64,000 nucleotides of DNA from Okamejei kenojei (lineage: Eukaryota), in the NCBI GenBank assembly GCA_035221665.1, contig CM069133.1, forward strand, positions 35,340,001-35,404,000, written 5' to 3'. Below the pieces are notes generated by a model, which saw only the letters and a program-made list of their open reading frames with translations, was not told the DNA's origin and ran no database searches. Below, one piece after another: positions 40,801-53,368 of this stretch (its first letter is position 1; every line of letters begins with the position of its first letter). Made by a program: the position numbers and the translations under genes.

Positions 40801-43800
40801 GTCCCCTTGTTTTGGACCCCAACATCGGGAACAATCTTCTGCCTGTCCAACCCCTTCCACACTCATCTCCTAAATTCCAGCAAGTACAAGCCGAGTCTAT
40901 CCAGTCTTTCTTCCTGGTGAACCTTCTCTGTACTCCCTCTATGGCAAGAATGTCTTTCCTCAGATTAGGAAACCAAAACTGTACGCAATACTCCAGGTGT
41001 GGCCTCACCAAGACCCTGTACAACTGCAGTATAACCTCCCTGCTCTTGTACTCAAATCCTTTTGCTATGAATGCCAACATACCATTCGTTTTCTTCACAG
41101 CCTGCTGCACCTGCATGCCTACTTTCAATGCATCGTTGCATCTCCCCTTTTCCCAATCGGCCACTGTTCAGATAATAGTCTACCCTCCTGTTTTTGCTGC
41201 CAAAGTGGATAAACCTCACATTGCAATGCATTTGCCCACTCACCAAGCTATCGAAGTCACCTTGCAGCTCCTAGCATCAATCCACAAACGTGGAGATGTT
41301 GCATTCAATTCCCTCATCCTGGGTCCCAGCACTGAGCCTTGCTGTCACCAAGACCGTTTACCCTACTCTTTATGAACCACCAATACCGTGTGCTTTAAGT
41401 TTGAATGCTAATCTCTTATGTGGGACCTTGTCGAAAGCCTTCTGAAAGTCCAGATATAACACATCCACAGGTTCTCCCTTATCCACTCTACTAGTTACAT
41501 CCTCGAAAAATTCTATAAGATTCGTCAGACATGATTTACCTTTCATAAATCCATGCTGACTTTGTCCAATGATTTCACCACTTTCCAAATGTGCTGCTAT
41601 CCCATCTTTAATAACTGACTAGCATTTTCCCCACTACCGATGTTAGAATAACTGGTCTGTAATTCCCCGTTTTCTCTCTCCCTCCCTTTTTAATAAGTGG
41701 GGTTACATTAGCTACCCTCCAATCCTCAGGAACTACTCCAGAATCTAAAGAGTTTTGAAAAGTTATCACTAATGCATCCACTATTTCTGGTGCTACTTCT
41801 TTAAGTACTCTGGGATGCAGCCTATCTGGCCCTGGGGATTTATCGGCCTTTATTCCATTCAATTTACATAACACCACTTCCCGGCTAACATGGATTTCAC
41901 TCAGTTCCTCCTTCTCATTTGACCCCCGGTCCCCTGCTATTTCCGGCAGATTATTTATGTCTTCCTTAGTGAAGACAGAACCAAAGTAGTTATTCAATTG
42001 GTCTGCCATGTCCTTGTTCCCCATGATCAATTCACCAGTTTCTGACTGCAAGGGACCTACATTTGTTTTAACTAACCTTTTTCTCTTCACATATCTATAA
42101 AAAACTTTTGCAGTCCGTTTTTATGTTCCGTGCCAGTTTTCTTTCATAATCTATTTTCCCTTTCCTAATTAAGCACTTTGTCCTCCTCTGCAGGACTCTG
42201 AATTTCTCCCAGTCCTCTGGTAGGCTGCTTTTTCTGGCCAATTTGTATGCTTCATCTTTAGTTTTGATACTATCCCTGATTTCCCTTGTTATCCACGGAT
42301 GCACTACCTTCCCTGATTTATTCTTTTGCCAAACTGGGATGAACAATTGTTGTAGTTCATCCATGCAGTCTTTAAATGCCTTCCATTGCATATCCACTGT
42401 CAACCCTTTAAGAATCACTTGCCAGTCTATCTTGGCCAATTCACGTCTCATACCCTCAAAGTTACCTTTTTTTAAGTTCAGAACCCTTGTTTCTGAATTA
42501 ACAATGTCACTCTCCATCCTATGAAGAATTCAACCATATTATGGTCACACAGAAAAGGCTGGAGAAACTCAGCGGGTGCAGCAGCATCTAAGGAGCGAAG
42601 GAGATAGGCGACGTTTCGGGTCGAGACCCTTCTTCAGACGGGTCCAGCCTTTTGTATATAATCAATTTTCCAGCATCTGCAGTTCCTTCTTTAACAAATT
42701 ATGGTCACTCTTGCCCAGGGGGCCACGCACAACAAGACTGCTAACTAACCCTTCCTCATTACTCAGTACCCAGTCTAGAATAGCCTGCTCTCTCGTTGGT
42801 TCCTCTACATGTTGGTTTAGAAAACTATTCCGCATACATTCCAAGAAATCCTCTTCCTCAGCACCCCTGCCAATTTGATTCACCCAATCTATATGTAGAT
42901 TGAAGTCACCCATTATAACTGTTTTACCCTTGTTGCACGCATTTCTAATTTCATGTTTGATGCCATCCCCAACTCCACTACTACTGTTAGGTGGCCTGTA
43001 CACAACTCCCACTAGCGTTTTCTGCCCCTTAGTATTTCGCAGCTCTACCCATATCGATTCCATATCCTCCAAGCTAATGTCATTCCTTTCTATTGCGATA
43101 ATCTCCTCTCTAACCAGCAACGCTACCCCACCTCCTTTTCCTTTCTGTCTATCCCTCCTGAATATTGAATATCCCTGGATGTTCATCTCCCAGCCTTGGT
43201 CACCCTGGAGTCATGTCTCCGTGATCCCAACTATATCATATTCATTAATAACTATCTGCACATTCAACTCATCCACCTTATTACGAATGCTCCTTGCATT
43301 GAGACACAAAGCCTTCAGGTTTGTTTTTACAGCACTCTTACCCCTTATACAATTATGTTGAAAAATTGCCCTTTTTGATTTTTGCCCCGGATTTTTCTGC
43401 CTGCCACTTTTACTTTTCACCTTGCTACCTATTGCTTCTACCCTCATTTTACATCCCTCTGTCTCTCTGCTCATGCTCCCATCCCCCTGCCACATTCGTT
43501 TAAATCCTCCCTGACAGCACTAGTAAACACTCCCCCAAGGACATTAGTTCCCTTCAAGCCCAGGTGCAGACCATCCTGTTTGTACTGGTCTGTACTGGTT
43601 TGGATGTGCTAGAGGCAGGAAACATGTTCCCGATGTTGGGGGAGATCAAGAACCAGGGGTCACAGTTTAAGATTAAGGGGTAAGGCATTTAGAACTTTAT
43701 CACACAGAGAGTTGTGAGTCTGTGGGATTCTCTGCCTCAGAGGGGGGTGGAGGCCAGTCCTCTGGATACTTTCAAGAGAGAGCTAAATAGGGCTCTTAAA

Positions 43801-43946
43801 GATAGCGGAGTCAGGGGATATGGGGAGAAGGCAGGAACCGGGTACTAATTGTGGATGATCAGCCATGATCACATTGAATGGTGGTGCTGGCTCAAAGGGC
43901 CAAATGGACTACTACTGCACCTATTGTCTATTGTCTCTTGTCTATT
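37857..43946 (+). mobile_element. CR1 LINE ORF2 (endonuclease + RT), decayed, split by a nested CR1
   Basis: YDVVGITETWL, VMGDFN, LGGSDHN, KSPGPDGLHPRVLKE, GVPEGSVLGPQLF, FADDTKL. The 3' end resumes at ~43600 and ends in TCTATTG-type tail repeats. Confidence 0.9.
40542..43590 (-). mobile_element. CR1 LINE ORF2 with internal deletions, nested in the plus-strand CR1
   Basis: LNARSIRNKVDEL, IMGDFN, NYRPVILTSVVGK, YLDFQKAFDKVPH, RPHLEYCVQFW on the minus strand; tail at ~40542. Confidence 0.9.
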
Positions 43947-44021
43947 ATGAGAATGGTCCCAGAAATTAGTGGGTTAACATATGATGAGCGTTTGAGGGCA
44001 CTGGGACTGCACTGGCTGGAG

Positions 44022-44599
44022 CAGGGGCAGAAATGGGGGGGACACAATTTCTTGGAGGCCGCTCACACACACACACACATGCGAGACTTTGGCCATGGGC
44101 CCTGTGGACGATAACATCGGGAGCTGATCTGGGTGGTGACCGACTCCGAACTCCAGCAACAGCAGCTTCGTCTGTCCTGTATCATGGTGCTTCAATCGGC
44201 CCGTTCACCGGGCCTTTCATCGTCCCGCATGGCTTAAAACCGGCCGCGGGATCTTCCATCACCCGGCGGTGCGATGAAAGGTCCCACGAACAGGCCAATC
44301 AAGCTCTGCTCTATGATCTTTGCTCCACCAGGACGTTTCCCTCCTCCAATCACCGCGCCCTATCCTTAGTCCCACCCCCCTTACTTCCGCCTCTGACCGA
44401 CACCTCCCTCCTCCAATCTGAATCATCATGTCTCACCCCCCCCTCCCCACTGCCTGCTGACCGACGTCTCTCTTGTCCAATCGGCGCCCATGATCATCGG
44501 TTCCACCCCCACTGTCTCGCGGAAAGCGGAGATTTTTACAGAATTTCATAAATCGGATTACAAAATATGGGGGGGGGGGATTGTCCCCAACTCTCCGTG
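44022..44599. mobile_element. Non-autonomous hAT-like DNA transposon
   Basis: Flanked by the 8-bp TSD GGCTGGAG (44014-44021 and 44600-44607), starts CAGGGG, and is absent from the duplicated copy at ~30630. Confidence 0.65.
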
Positions 44600-45114
44600 G
44601 GCTGGAGGATTGAAGGGTGAGAGGGACTTCATAGAAACGTACTGAATACTGAAAGGCCTGGATTGACTGGATGTGGAGAGGATGTTTCCACTAGTGGGAG
44701 AGTCAAGGACTAGAGGCCACAGCCTCAGAATAAAAGGATGTACCTTTAAAATGGAGATGAGGAGGAGATTATTTAGTCAGAAGGTGGTTGTGGAATGCAC
44801 TGCCACAGAAGGCTGTGGAGGTCAAGTCAATGGATATTTTTGAGGCAGAGATTTGCCAGATTCTTGATTAGTACGGGTGTCACGGGTTATGAGCAGAAGG
44901 CAGGAGAATGGGTTTGAGAGGGTAAGGTAGATCAGCCATGTCTGAATGGTAGACTTGATGGGCCGAATGGCCTAATTCATTTCATATCACTTATGAACAT
45001 GACACGTCTAACGCTCATTCAGCATGAGTCCAGCATCCAGTTCTTATTTCCAGCTTACAGTATCTGCAGCTCCCTCGTCCTGCTTCTCTTGACTGGTGTC
45101 TGTCCTTCCCTCAG

Positions 45115-45453
45115 GGAATGTCTCAGTGGTGACTGGGACTGAGGGGGCTTCGGCTACGTTACCCTGTGTGTTCTCACCGCCTCTGCTGAGCCACATGCCT
45201 CGCACGGTCACATGGATGAGGAAGGATCCCTACCGGCACATCGTCACGTTCAGAACCCAAACTGATGGATCCTGGGCGGCGGAGAACGGAGCAACTCGGT
45301 TCGAGCTGGTCGGGAAGCCAGAGCGGGGAAACACCTCAACCAGGATAAAGCAGCTGAGAGTGGAGGACAGTCACGGCTACCTGTGTCTGGTGGAGATTGT
45401 GACCTCGACCTACCATCTGTTCCAGTGTGAGATCCAACTGCAAATTGCAACAG
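45115..45453 (+). CDS. Siglec-15-like Ig receptor exon 3 (V-set domain 2)
   Basis: Acceptor ccttccctcag|, donor G|GTAAGA, phase 1/1, 339 nt open. Encodes NVSVVTGTEGASATLPCVF..VTWMRKDPY..RFELVGKPERGNTSTRIKQLRVEDSHGYLCLVE..IQLQIAT. Confidence 0.9.
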
Positions 45454-45529
45454 GTAAGAAACCCCACCAACTCATGCTGCAGTGTGCAGCGAAGGTATCT
45501 AGGGTTAGCTTCAGTGCTAGGTTTTTGTT

Positions 45530-46810
45530 TTGTTTACTTTTATTTTTTTAAATTTTATGTAAAAAACAAAAAAAGAGAAAGAAACGAAAGAGAAGAAAGA
45601 CAACAGAAAAAGCTGCCAGACGTAAAACTATTGGTGCAATCCACATGATGCTACACAGTCAGGCATTGCAAGAGCACAAGTAAAGTACACAGGACTACAT
45701 CGCTGCAGAAAATATTAAATTATTGGTCTTTGAGATGGTTGATAAATGGTCCCCAAACACTTAAAAAGTTGTTGGGTACCTTGGAGTTGTGGAAGCGTAT
45801 CCTTTCCATTTGTATGATTATTATCATTTCATTGAGCCATTTTTTGAAGCGGGGGTGTGGATGATTTCCAGTCTGTTAGGATCATTTTCTTGGCTGCCAC
45901 CATACCAAGCATCAGTGCTTGTTGTTCTTCAGACGTGAAGTTCAAAGCCATCTCTGAGCATCCAAAAAGCACCAGTTCTGGATCAGGGGGAATATCTTTT
46001 CCATAGTCCCCAGCGAACCACTTACATTTTTCAGACCAGTATCTTTGTATATGAGGACAGAGCCAGAAAATGTGTGTTAAAGAACCATCTGCACCTTTGC
46101 ATCTGTCACATAATGGAGAAATAGATGGATAGATTCAATGTAATTTGGTCTTTGAGTATTGGGGTCTATGGATGACTTTAAACTGAATCAATTTACACCT
46201 GACATTGTTCAAACAAGTTTGGATTCTGGTCAAACCTTCATCGCAAATGTCGTCAGACACCTCGAAATTCAGCACAGTAGACCAGGCTTCTTTCAGATGA
46301 TTAGTGGATACATAGGTGGTGAATAGATGCACAAAGCGAGATATTGGATGTTTGGAGTCCGGAGGCAGCTGCAGGAGCTCGTAGAGTGGGCAACTGTCAT
46401 GCATTGTTTGAAAATTTGGAATTTGGTGTTTAACGTAGTGCCTAATTTGGAGATAGCAAAAAAATGAGAGTTGGAAAGGTTCAATTTTAATTTCAGCTAA
46501 TTAAACGAAGCAAACTTTTTGTCTATATATAAATCTCTGGAGGTCCCAAGGCCTTTGTCCATCCAGACAGCAAACACCCCATCCGTCTGTGATGGCAAAA
46601 AGGAATGGTTGTGACATATGGAGGTGTAAATAGAGACATTTGACAATGTACTGAAACTTCTTATCTGATTTAATATTCGAATAGAATGTCTTAAAATAAA
46701 ATTCTCACCAACCAACTTGTGTGGGGATTCTGTTTAGGAAAAAAGCAAAGTACAGCGGGAGGAATTTTTCACTGCTGTGCTTTCAATGTTTAGCCACAAG
46801 GGGGCATTAT
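45530..46810 (-). mobile_element. L1-clade LINE 3' fragment in intron 3
   Basis: IQTCLNNVRCKLIQFKVIHRPQYSKTKLH; ICHNHSFLPS..W.DKG; A-rich tail near 45530. Confidence 0.8.
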
Positions 46811-49514
46811 TATTTTTTTGTTTTATATTGTCACAAAGGACAAAGGACATTTATTATCACACACACCAATTGGTGCAGTGAAATTTGACTTGCCAATGCA
46901 GCACATGAATAAAGATGTGTACACGTGTACCTAAGTATGGTTAAAAAGCTTTTGTTTGCAAGGCTATCTGATCAGGTCATATAATATTGTATGCGAATAC
47001 AATCAAACCAAACACAAGTACCACAGGAATCGATCGGGTAGACGCACACTCTTGCCCAGAGCAGGGAAATTGAGAACTGGAGGACAATGGTTTTAGGGGA
47101 AGGCTGGAAGGGCAAAAGATTTTATTGGAATCTGAGAGGTAACTTTTTTGCACAAAGGGTGATAGGTGTATGGAACAAGATGCAGCAGCAGGTAGCTGTG
47201 GCAGGTACTATCACAATGTTTTAGAAGCAATTGGACAGGTACATGGATAGGACAGGTTTAGAGGGATATGGGCCAAATGCAGACAAGTGGGATTAGCGTA
47301 GATGGTAGACACAAAACGCTGGAGTAAATCAGCGGGACAGGCAGCATCTCTGGAGAGAAGGAATGGGTGACGTTTCAGGTCGAGACCCTTCTTCAGGCAG
47401 ATCTACAGTTCTTTCCTACACATTAGTGTAGATGGGGCATGTTGGTCAGTGTGGGCAATTTGGGCTGAAGGGCCTGTTTCCACATTGTATGACTTGATGA
47501 CTCATTGATTCTATAATAGGTAGAGCAAAGAGAAAGAAATCAGATTGCAGAATATGGAGAATTACACCATGGAAACAGGCCCTTCGGTCCACCGAGTTGA
47601 TGCTGACCAACGATCACCCCATACACGAGCACAATCCTACACACTAGTCAAAAATTATAATCTTCCTAAAGCCAATTAACCTATCAACCTGTATGTCTTT
47701 AGATTGTGGGAGGAAACCAGAGCATTCAGAGAAAACCCACATAGTTTCAAGGAAAACGTACAAACTCTGTACAGACAGCACCCGTAGTCGGGATTGAATC
47801 CAGGTCTCTGGTACTGTAAGGCAGCAATTCTACTGCAGTGCTACCATGCCACCCACATTATAGAAAACTAGTTTCTTCATATTGTAGGGTTACATTTCCA
47901 GAGACCAATGTCTGCAATCAGGTAGGTTGGAAAATCGTAACTATGTCATAGCTTATGGAAGGACCATACAGCAGTCCATACAGAGTTTGTACATTCTCCC
48001 TGTGACCGTGTGGGTTTTCTCCAGGTGCCCCGGTTTCCTCCCACACTCCAAAGATTTTCCTCCCACACTCCAAACGGTTTGTACGCTACTTGGCCACTGT
48101 AAATTGTTCCAAGGTTTTAGGATAAGTAGTAATATAGAATTAAAAGGGTGGAACAGCAGTAGAGTTGCTGCCGCACAGCGCAGGAAACCCAGTTTCGATC
48201 CTGACTATGGGTGCTCTCTATACAAAATTGTCACATTCTCCCTCTGACCTTGTGGGTTTTCTCCGGGTGTTCCGGTTTGCTCCCACGTTTCAAAGGCACA
48301 CAGATTTGTAGTTTAATTGACTTCTGTAAATTGCCCCAAGTGTGTAGAAAGGTAGGACACCATAGAACTAGTGTACGTATGATCATTGGTTGGCGGGGAC
48401 GCTGTATCTATAAACACTATTCTAAGTTGGCTGCTTTGTCTTGGAAAGTTTTGAGCTTCTTAAAAGTTGTTAGTGAAGAATTGGAGAGTGCTGCATCACT
48501 CCTGACTTGTGCTTTGTAAATGATGTCATGTCTTTGGAGTGTTACAAGGTGGCTCCCTGAGACAGGATGTTATGATAGCTCTTGCGGTCACAATATTTTA
48601 GGTTTAGGGTTATATTTATCACGTGTGAAAAGTGAACTTTACAGCGTACAAAAGCTCTTCACAGTGAAAAGCTTTGTTTTGCATGCTTTAGACATTGCAC
48701 TTTAGAGATACATACTATAGATACAGTGCGGAAACAGGACTTTGGCCCACCGAGACTGCACTGACCAGTGATCACCTTATATACTAGCACTATTCCAAAC
48801 ACTGGGGGCAATTTATAATTTTATCAAAGCCAATTAACCTACAAACCTGTACATCTTTTGAGTGTATGAGGTGACTGGTGCAACTGGAGGAAAAACCCAA
48901 GCGGTCACAGGGGGATCGTTCAAACTCCACACACAGACAGCACCCGAGATTGGGATCAAACCAGGCTCTCTGGCGCTGTGAGGCAGCGGCCCTATCAGTG
49001 GGGTACAGTGCTGCACTTTGTTGGGGGATGGTCAGTTGATGGAGCAGCTGGAAATAGTTGGGGCTTGGGACTACAAAATGCTGGGTTGAGGTGATTAACC
49101 CAGAGCAAACACAATCACCTACCTCACACTGTGACTCCAGCCAACAGCGAGTTTGCTCCACAATCCCCATTATTATTAATCTTCCCCACTGTCTCAATGG
49201 CAAGGCAACCGTGTGACTAACGTAATCTGTATGCTCCATTTTGTTGGTCCTTGTTGGAGGGAATTGTGTGTTTGACCTGGACGGGCAGCACACAAAAAAC
49301 ATCTCGCAGAATGGTGACGAGTTTCTCAAACAAGTCATGTTATTCAAGGCCTTCACACTAAATACTGGGGAACACTCTGAGGGAACCCAAAGTGTTTCAA
49401 TGATTCACAGCATCAATGGGCTTTTCGTCACAATGACCACATATAGACTCTACATTTTGAAATAATTCAACAACGCTTCTCGGCAGCTTTCATCCGTGTT
49501 TTTTTCCGCGGCTG

Positions 49515-50187
49515 ATCAGCTAGGATTTGAGGGTGTCAAATGCTTTCTGGTGTTGCGGGAACCAGGCCCAGGCAGTGTCCATTTTCACCAGGTCCCCAAG
49601 AGGGGCGCTCAGTTCACTCAGGTCGAGGATGAACTTTCCCAGGGTTTTGGCGTCGGGAGAACAGTTTGAAATGCTCTAAGATGTGGTTAGTGGGAAGGAT
49701 CAGACATACCGGGTCCTGAACACTCTCGCCTGGTCCATAGATGAATGACTCCGACCGCTCAAGTGCTTCGGGACCAGCCAGGTTCAGCAGAAGGGAGGCT
49801 TTGACTGCGGGGGCCACAGCAGGGTGAGCAATTGTAACACAATGCTCAAAGTCACGTCAGAACACACTCCAGCTCATCAAAGACTAGGATGTCAGGTCTA
49901 CGACAGGCAGAAGCCATCACGGCACAGGGAGGGGGTACTGGGACTAAGAAAATAAAACTCGATAAACTGGAGAAGCAGGAAGAAAAACTTCTGATGCCAT
50001 GTAAAGAAGATACTCGGATACCATTGGATCTTTACTACTTTATTAATCATACATTATTGCCCTAGCTGTACGTGGTCTGTCACGATCACCAGAGAGAGTG
50101 CTAGGGGTGTGTAGGTTACAATTATACTAACTGATGGGGGAGTGTTTAGCATGGACATCGTCACCATCAATTAAAGGTGTATACACA
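49515..50187 (-). mobile_element. Internally deleted Gypsy LTR retrotransposon remnant (5' LTR, PBS, gag start, RT-thumb fragment)
   Basis: LTR ~50187-50000 (TG...AATAAA...CA), PBS TGGCATCAGAAG (49999-49988). gag reads MASACRRPDILVFD..KASLLLNLAGPEALERSESF..FSRRQNPG from 49917, followed by pol LGKFILDLSELSAPLGDLVKMDTAWAWFPQHQKAFDTLKS. Confidence 0.8.
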
Positions 50188-50382
50188 TACCATCTACACC
50201 TTCTATTCCTTGTTATTTAGAAAAACATTCCCCCATTTGTCTGACAGTGGGTGCAATAAAGGACATCTCTATTTTATGATCAGTTCTCTTGTTCTCAGCC
50301 TGGTTTTACAGCCTCTTATTTTTATCTTTACTACAGCAAGCTATGCCTTGTACTCCTAAATCTATTTATTGCCTCTCCTAGT

Positions 50383-50875
50383 GTGAGTATCTTCCCATCT
50401 CCACTCCTTTCTGCTTTCCGCAGAGACCGTTCCTTCTGTAACTCCATGGGCAACTCATCCTTTCCCACCCAAACCACCCCTCCCCAGGCACTCCCCTGCA
50501 ACCGCAGGAGATGCTACACCTGTCCCTTTACCCGCCCCCCCGACTGCATCCAAGAACCCCGACAGTCTTTCAAGGTGAGGCAGAGGTTCATATGCACCTT
50601 CTCCAACGTCATCTACTGCATCCGCTGTTCCAGGAGTCAACTTCTCTACATCGGCGAGACCAAGTGCAGGCTCGGCGACCATTTCGCTGAACACCTCTGC
50701 TCAGTCCGCATTAACCAAGCTGATCTCCCGGTGGCCCAGCACTTCAACTCCCCCCTTCCATTCACAGTTCCTCCATTGTCAGAGTGAGGCCCAGTGCAAA
50801 TTGGAGGAACAGCTTGTTTCACTTGGGTAGTTTACACCCCAGCGGTATGAACATTGACTTCTCCAACTTCAGGTA
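50383..50875 (+). mobile_element. Penelope-like element GIY-YIG fragment
   Basis: CNRRRCYTC..NVIYCIRCSRSQLLYIGETKCRLGDHFAEH. Confidence 0.8.
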
Positions 50876-51638
50876 GCCCTTACTTTCTCTCTCCATCTCC
50901 TCCCCCTTCCCAGTTCTCCCACTAGTCTTACTGTCTCTGCCTACATTCTTTCTCTGTCCTGCCCTCTCCACTAACATTAGTCTGATGAAGGTCTCAGGCC
51001 GAAACGTCGGCAATTCCTTTTCTCTAGAGATGCTGCCTCACTTGCTGAGTTACTCCAGCATTTTACAGCAGTGTCTACCTGAGTATTTACTAAGTTACCT
51101 TTAGTATGTTGGCCTCTTTTTGCATCATGCTTCCCCACAATGTAAGCTCTTGGTCACCTTCTCTTAAACACCAGTCCTTCACTGATATACTAAGAATGTC
51201 TCCCCCATAATGCCCATTTTAATGCCTATCGAGTCTTCTAGGTTTAGATTTAGGTTTATTATTGCCATGTGTAGCCAGGTACAGTGAAAAGCTTTATTTT
51301 GCACGCTATCCAAACAGATCAGATAATACTACACATAAACACAATCCAACCAAACTCGAGTACAATAGGTAGAGCATAGAAGATACAGGGTGCGGAATAT
51401 AGTTCTCAGCATTATAGCACACCAGTTCCACAGACAAAGTCCAATGTCCTCAATGAGGTAGAGGTGACAGTACCGTAGTATTTGGAAGGGCCATTCTGAA
51501 GCCTGCTAACAGAGGGGAAGGAGCTATTCCTGAGACTGGTGGTGCATACTTTCAAGCTTCTGTACCTTCTGCTGGAGATAGTAAAATGAATTGTCTCCAT
51601 GTTATTGATCGAGTCTGGTTTGACTTCTCTCTCTTCAG

Positions 51639-51738
51639 CCCCACAGTTTTCCTACACTCTGATACTATGTATTCCACTTGGAGTGAAAAGCCTTGTCCTT
51701 TTGGTGATGGGCTTCATTTTAATCAGGGACAAAACCAG
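51639..51738 (+). CDS. Siglec-15-like Ig receptor exon 4 (transmembrane helix with Lys)
   Basis: Acceptor tctctctcttcag|, donor AG|GTATGT, phase 1/2. Encodes (A)PQFSYTLILCIPLGVKSLVLLVMGFILIRDKT; Lys codon at 51686-51688. Confidence 0.85.
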
Positions 51739-53368
51739 GTATGTAATATTGCTGCGAGATACTTGTTTCCAATATCCGCAATGTGATTCATGGTCTTCTT
51801 CTGGTGATTCATCAAAAACATTAATTCCTTTTCTCTCCCTGTAGATGCTGCCTGACCAACTGAGTGTTCTTGGTGTTCTCTCCCCTCTCTCAATCTGTCT
51901 GTTTCTATCTCAGGGGACAGACTATCCATAGATATTTACGGCAGACACACTGACATCTTCCTTGACTACACCCAGCCCCACCCTGTCTCCTGCAAGATTG
52001 CCATTCCTTTCTCCCTCTGTTCTCACGATGCTTTCCCCTTTCGGACATCTGAGAAGTTATTTTTATTCATTCAGACTTATTCATTCAAACTTATTCGTTC
52101 AAATTTATTCATTCATTCACTCATTCATTCATTATTCAGGAAATGTGGATCTTGCACAGTCTGATATTATCCTTTCTTCCCAGGTTTTTCTGTTTTTCTC
52201 TGTGTCAAACCTTGTCGACCCATTTTAGCATCCAATTTGTCTATTACACAGCATGGAAACAGGCCCTTTGGCCCCATCTGATATAATCCCATGTGCCGGC
52301 ATTTGACATATCCCTCTAACCCTTTTGTGTCCATTGCGGACATTGGACATTGTCTCTGGAACTGATGCGCTACAATGCTGAGAACTATATTCTACACTCT
52401 GCACCTTCCCATTTGCTCTACCTATCGTACTTGTTTGACTTGATTGTATTTATGTGTAGCATCATCTGATCTGATTGTTTTTGCATGAAAAACAAAGCTT
52501 TTTACTGCACCTCAGTTCATGTGACAATTATAAAACTGAACCTAAAGGGGAAAAGAAATTCAGGGGGTGAAGGAGGGTCCTGACCCGAAATGTTCCCTGC
52601 CCATTCCCTCCACAGACGCTGCCTGACCTGATGAATTCCTCCAGCACTCTGCGTTTTGCTCACAATTCCAGCATCTGCAGTTCCTCGTGTCTCCCATGCT
52701 CTGCCCCGTCTCTCCCCATGGACGTTCACATTCTTTGCCTGAATAGCTCAGATGTGATGGTACTCAGTGAATGGAGCGCTGCAAGTCCAGGAGGGGGTGA
52801 GCGAGTGAGGTTTAGGATTAGGCTAATTATTGGCACAGCTATTGAGGTACAGTGAAAAGCTTTGCCTTGCATGCCATCCAATCAGATTAGATAATATGGT
52901 GGACATTTGCAATCAAGTGACACTCAAGTACAAAGGGGAAGATCCACCAGAGTTGCTCCAGGGTTCTCCTGAGATGCTGCCTGACCCACTGAGTTACTGC
53001 AGAACTGTGTGTCATAAGTTCATGTTCATAGGTTCAAGAAGCAGAATTAGGCCATTCGGCCCATCAAGTCTATGCCACCATTCAATCATGGATGATCTAT
53101 CTTCCCCTCTCAACCCCATTTTCCTGCCTTCTCCTCCGTAACCCGACACCCGTAATAATCAAGTGTCTTTCTTTGATAAACCAGTATCTGCAGTTCCTTG
53201 ACACATGGTAATGCCGTCCGTCCATTTCCCTCCACATTTGCTGCCTGACCTGCTGAGTGGTCACCGCCTACCCTGTAACCATTCCGTGATGCTACCAATC
53301 AATGGGTAAAAAAGATTTTCCAGTGGAATTACTGAAGCTCATTTTAACTGGTCTTGTTCTGTCCACAG

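Noticed and set aside
49614-49817. Possible minus-strand host exon with a CG|GTATGT donor
   Set aside because: The peptide is Gypsy gag, downstream of an LTR and PBS.
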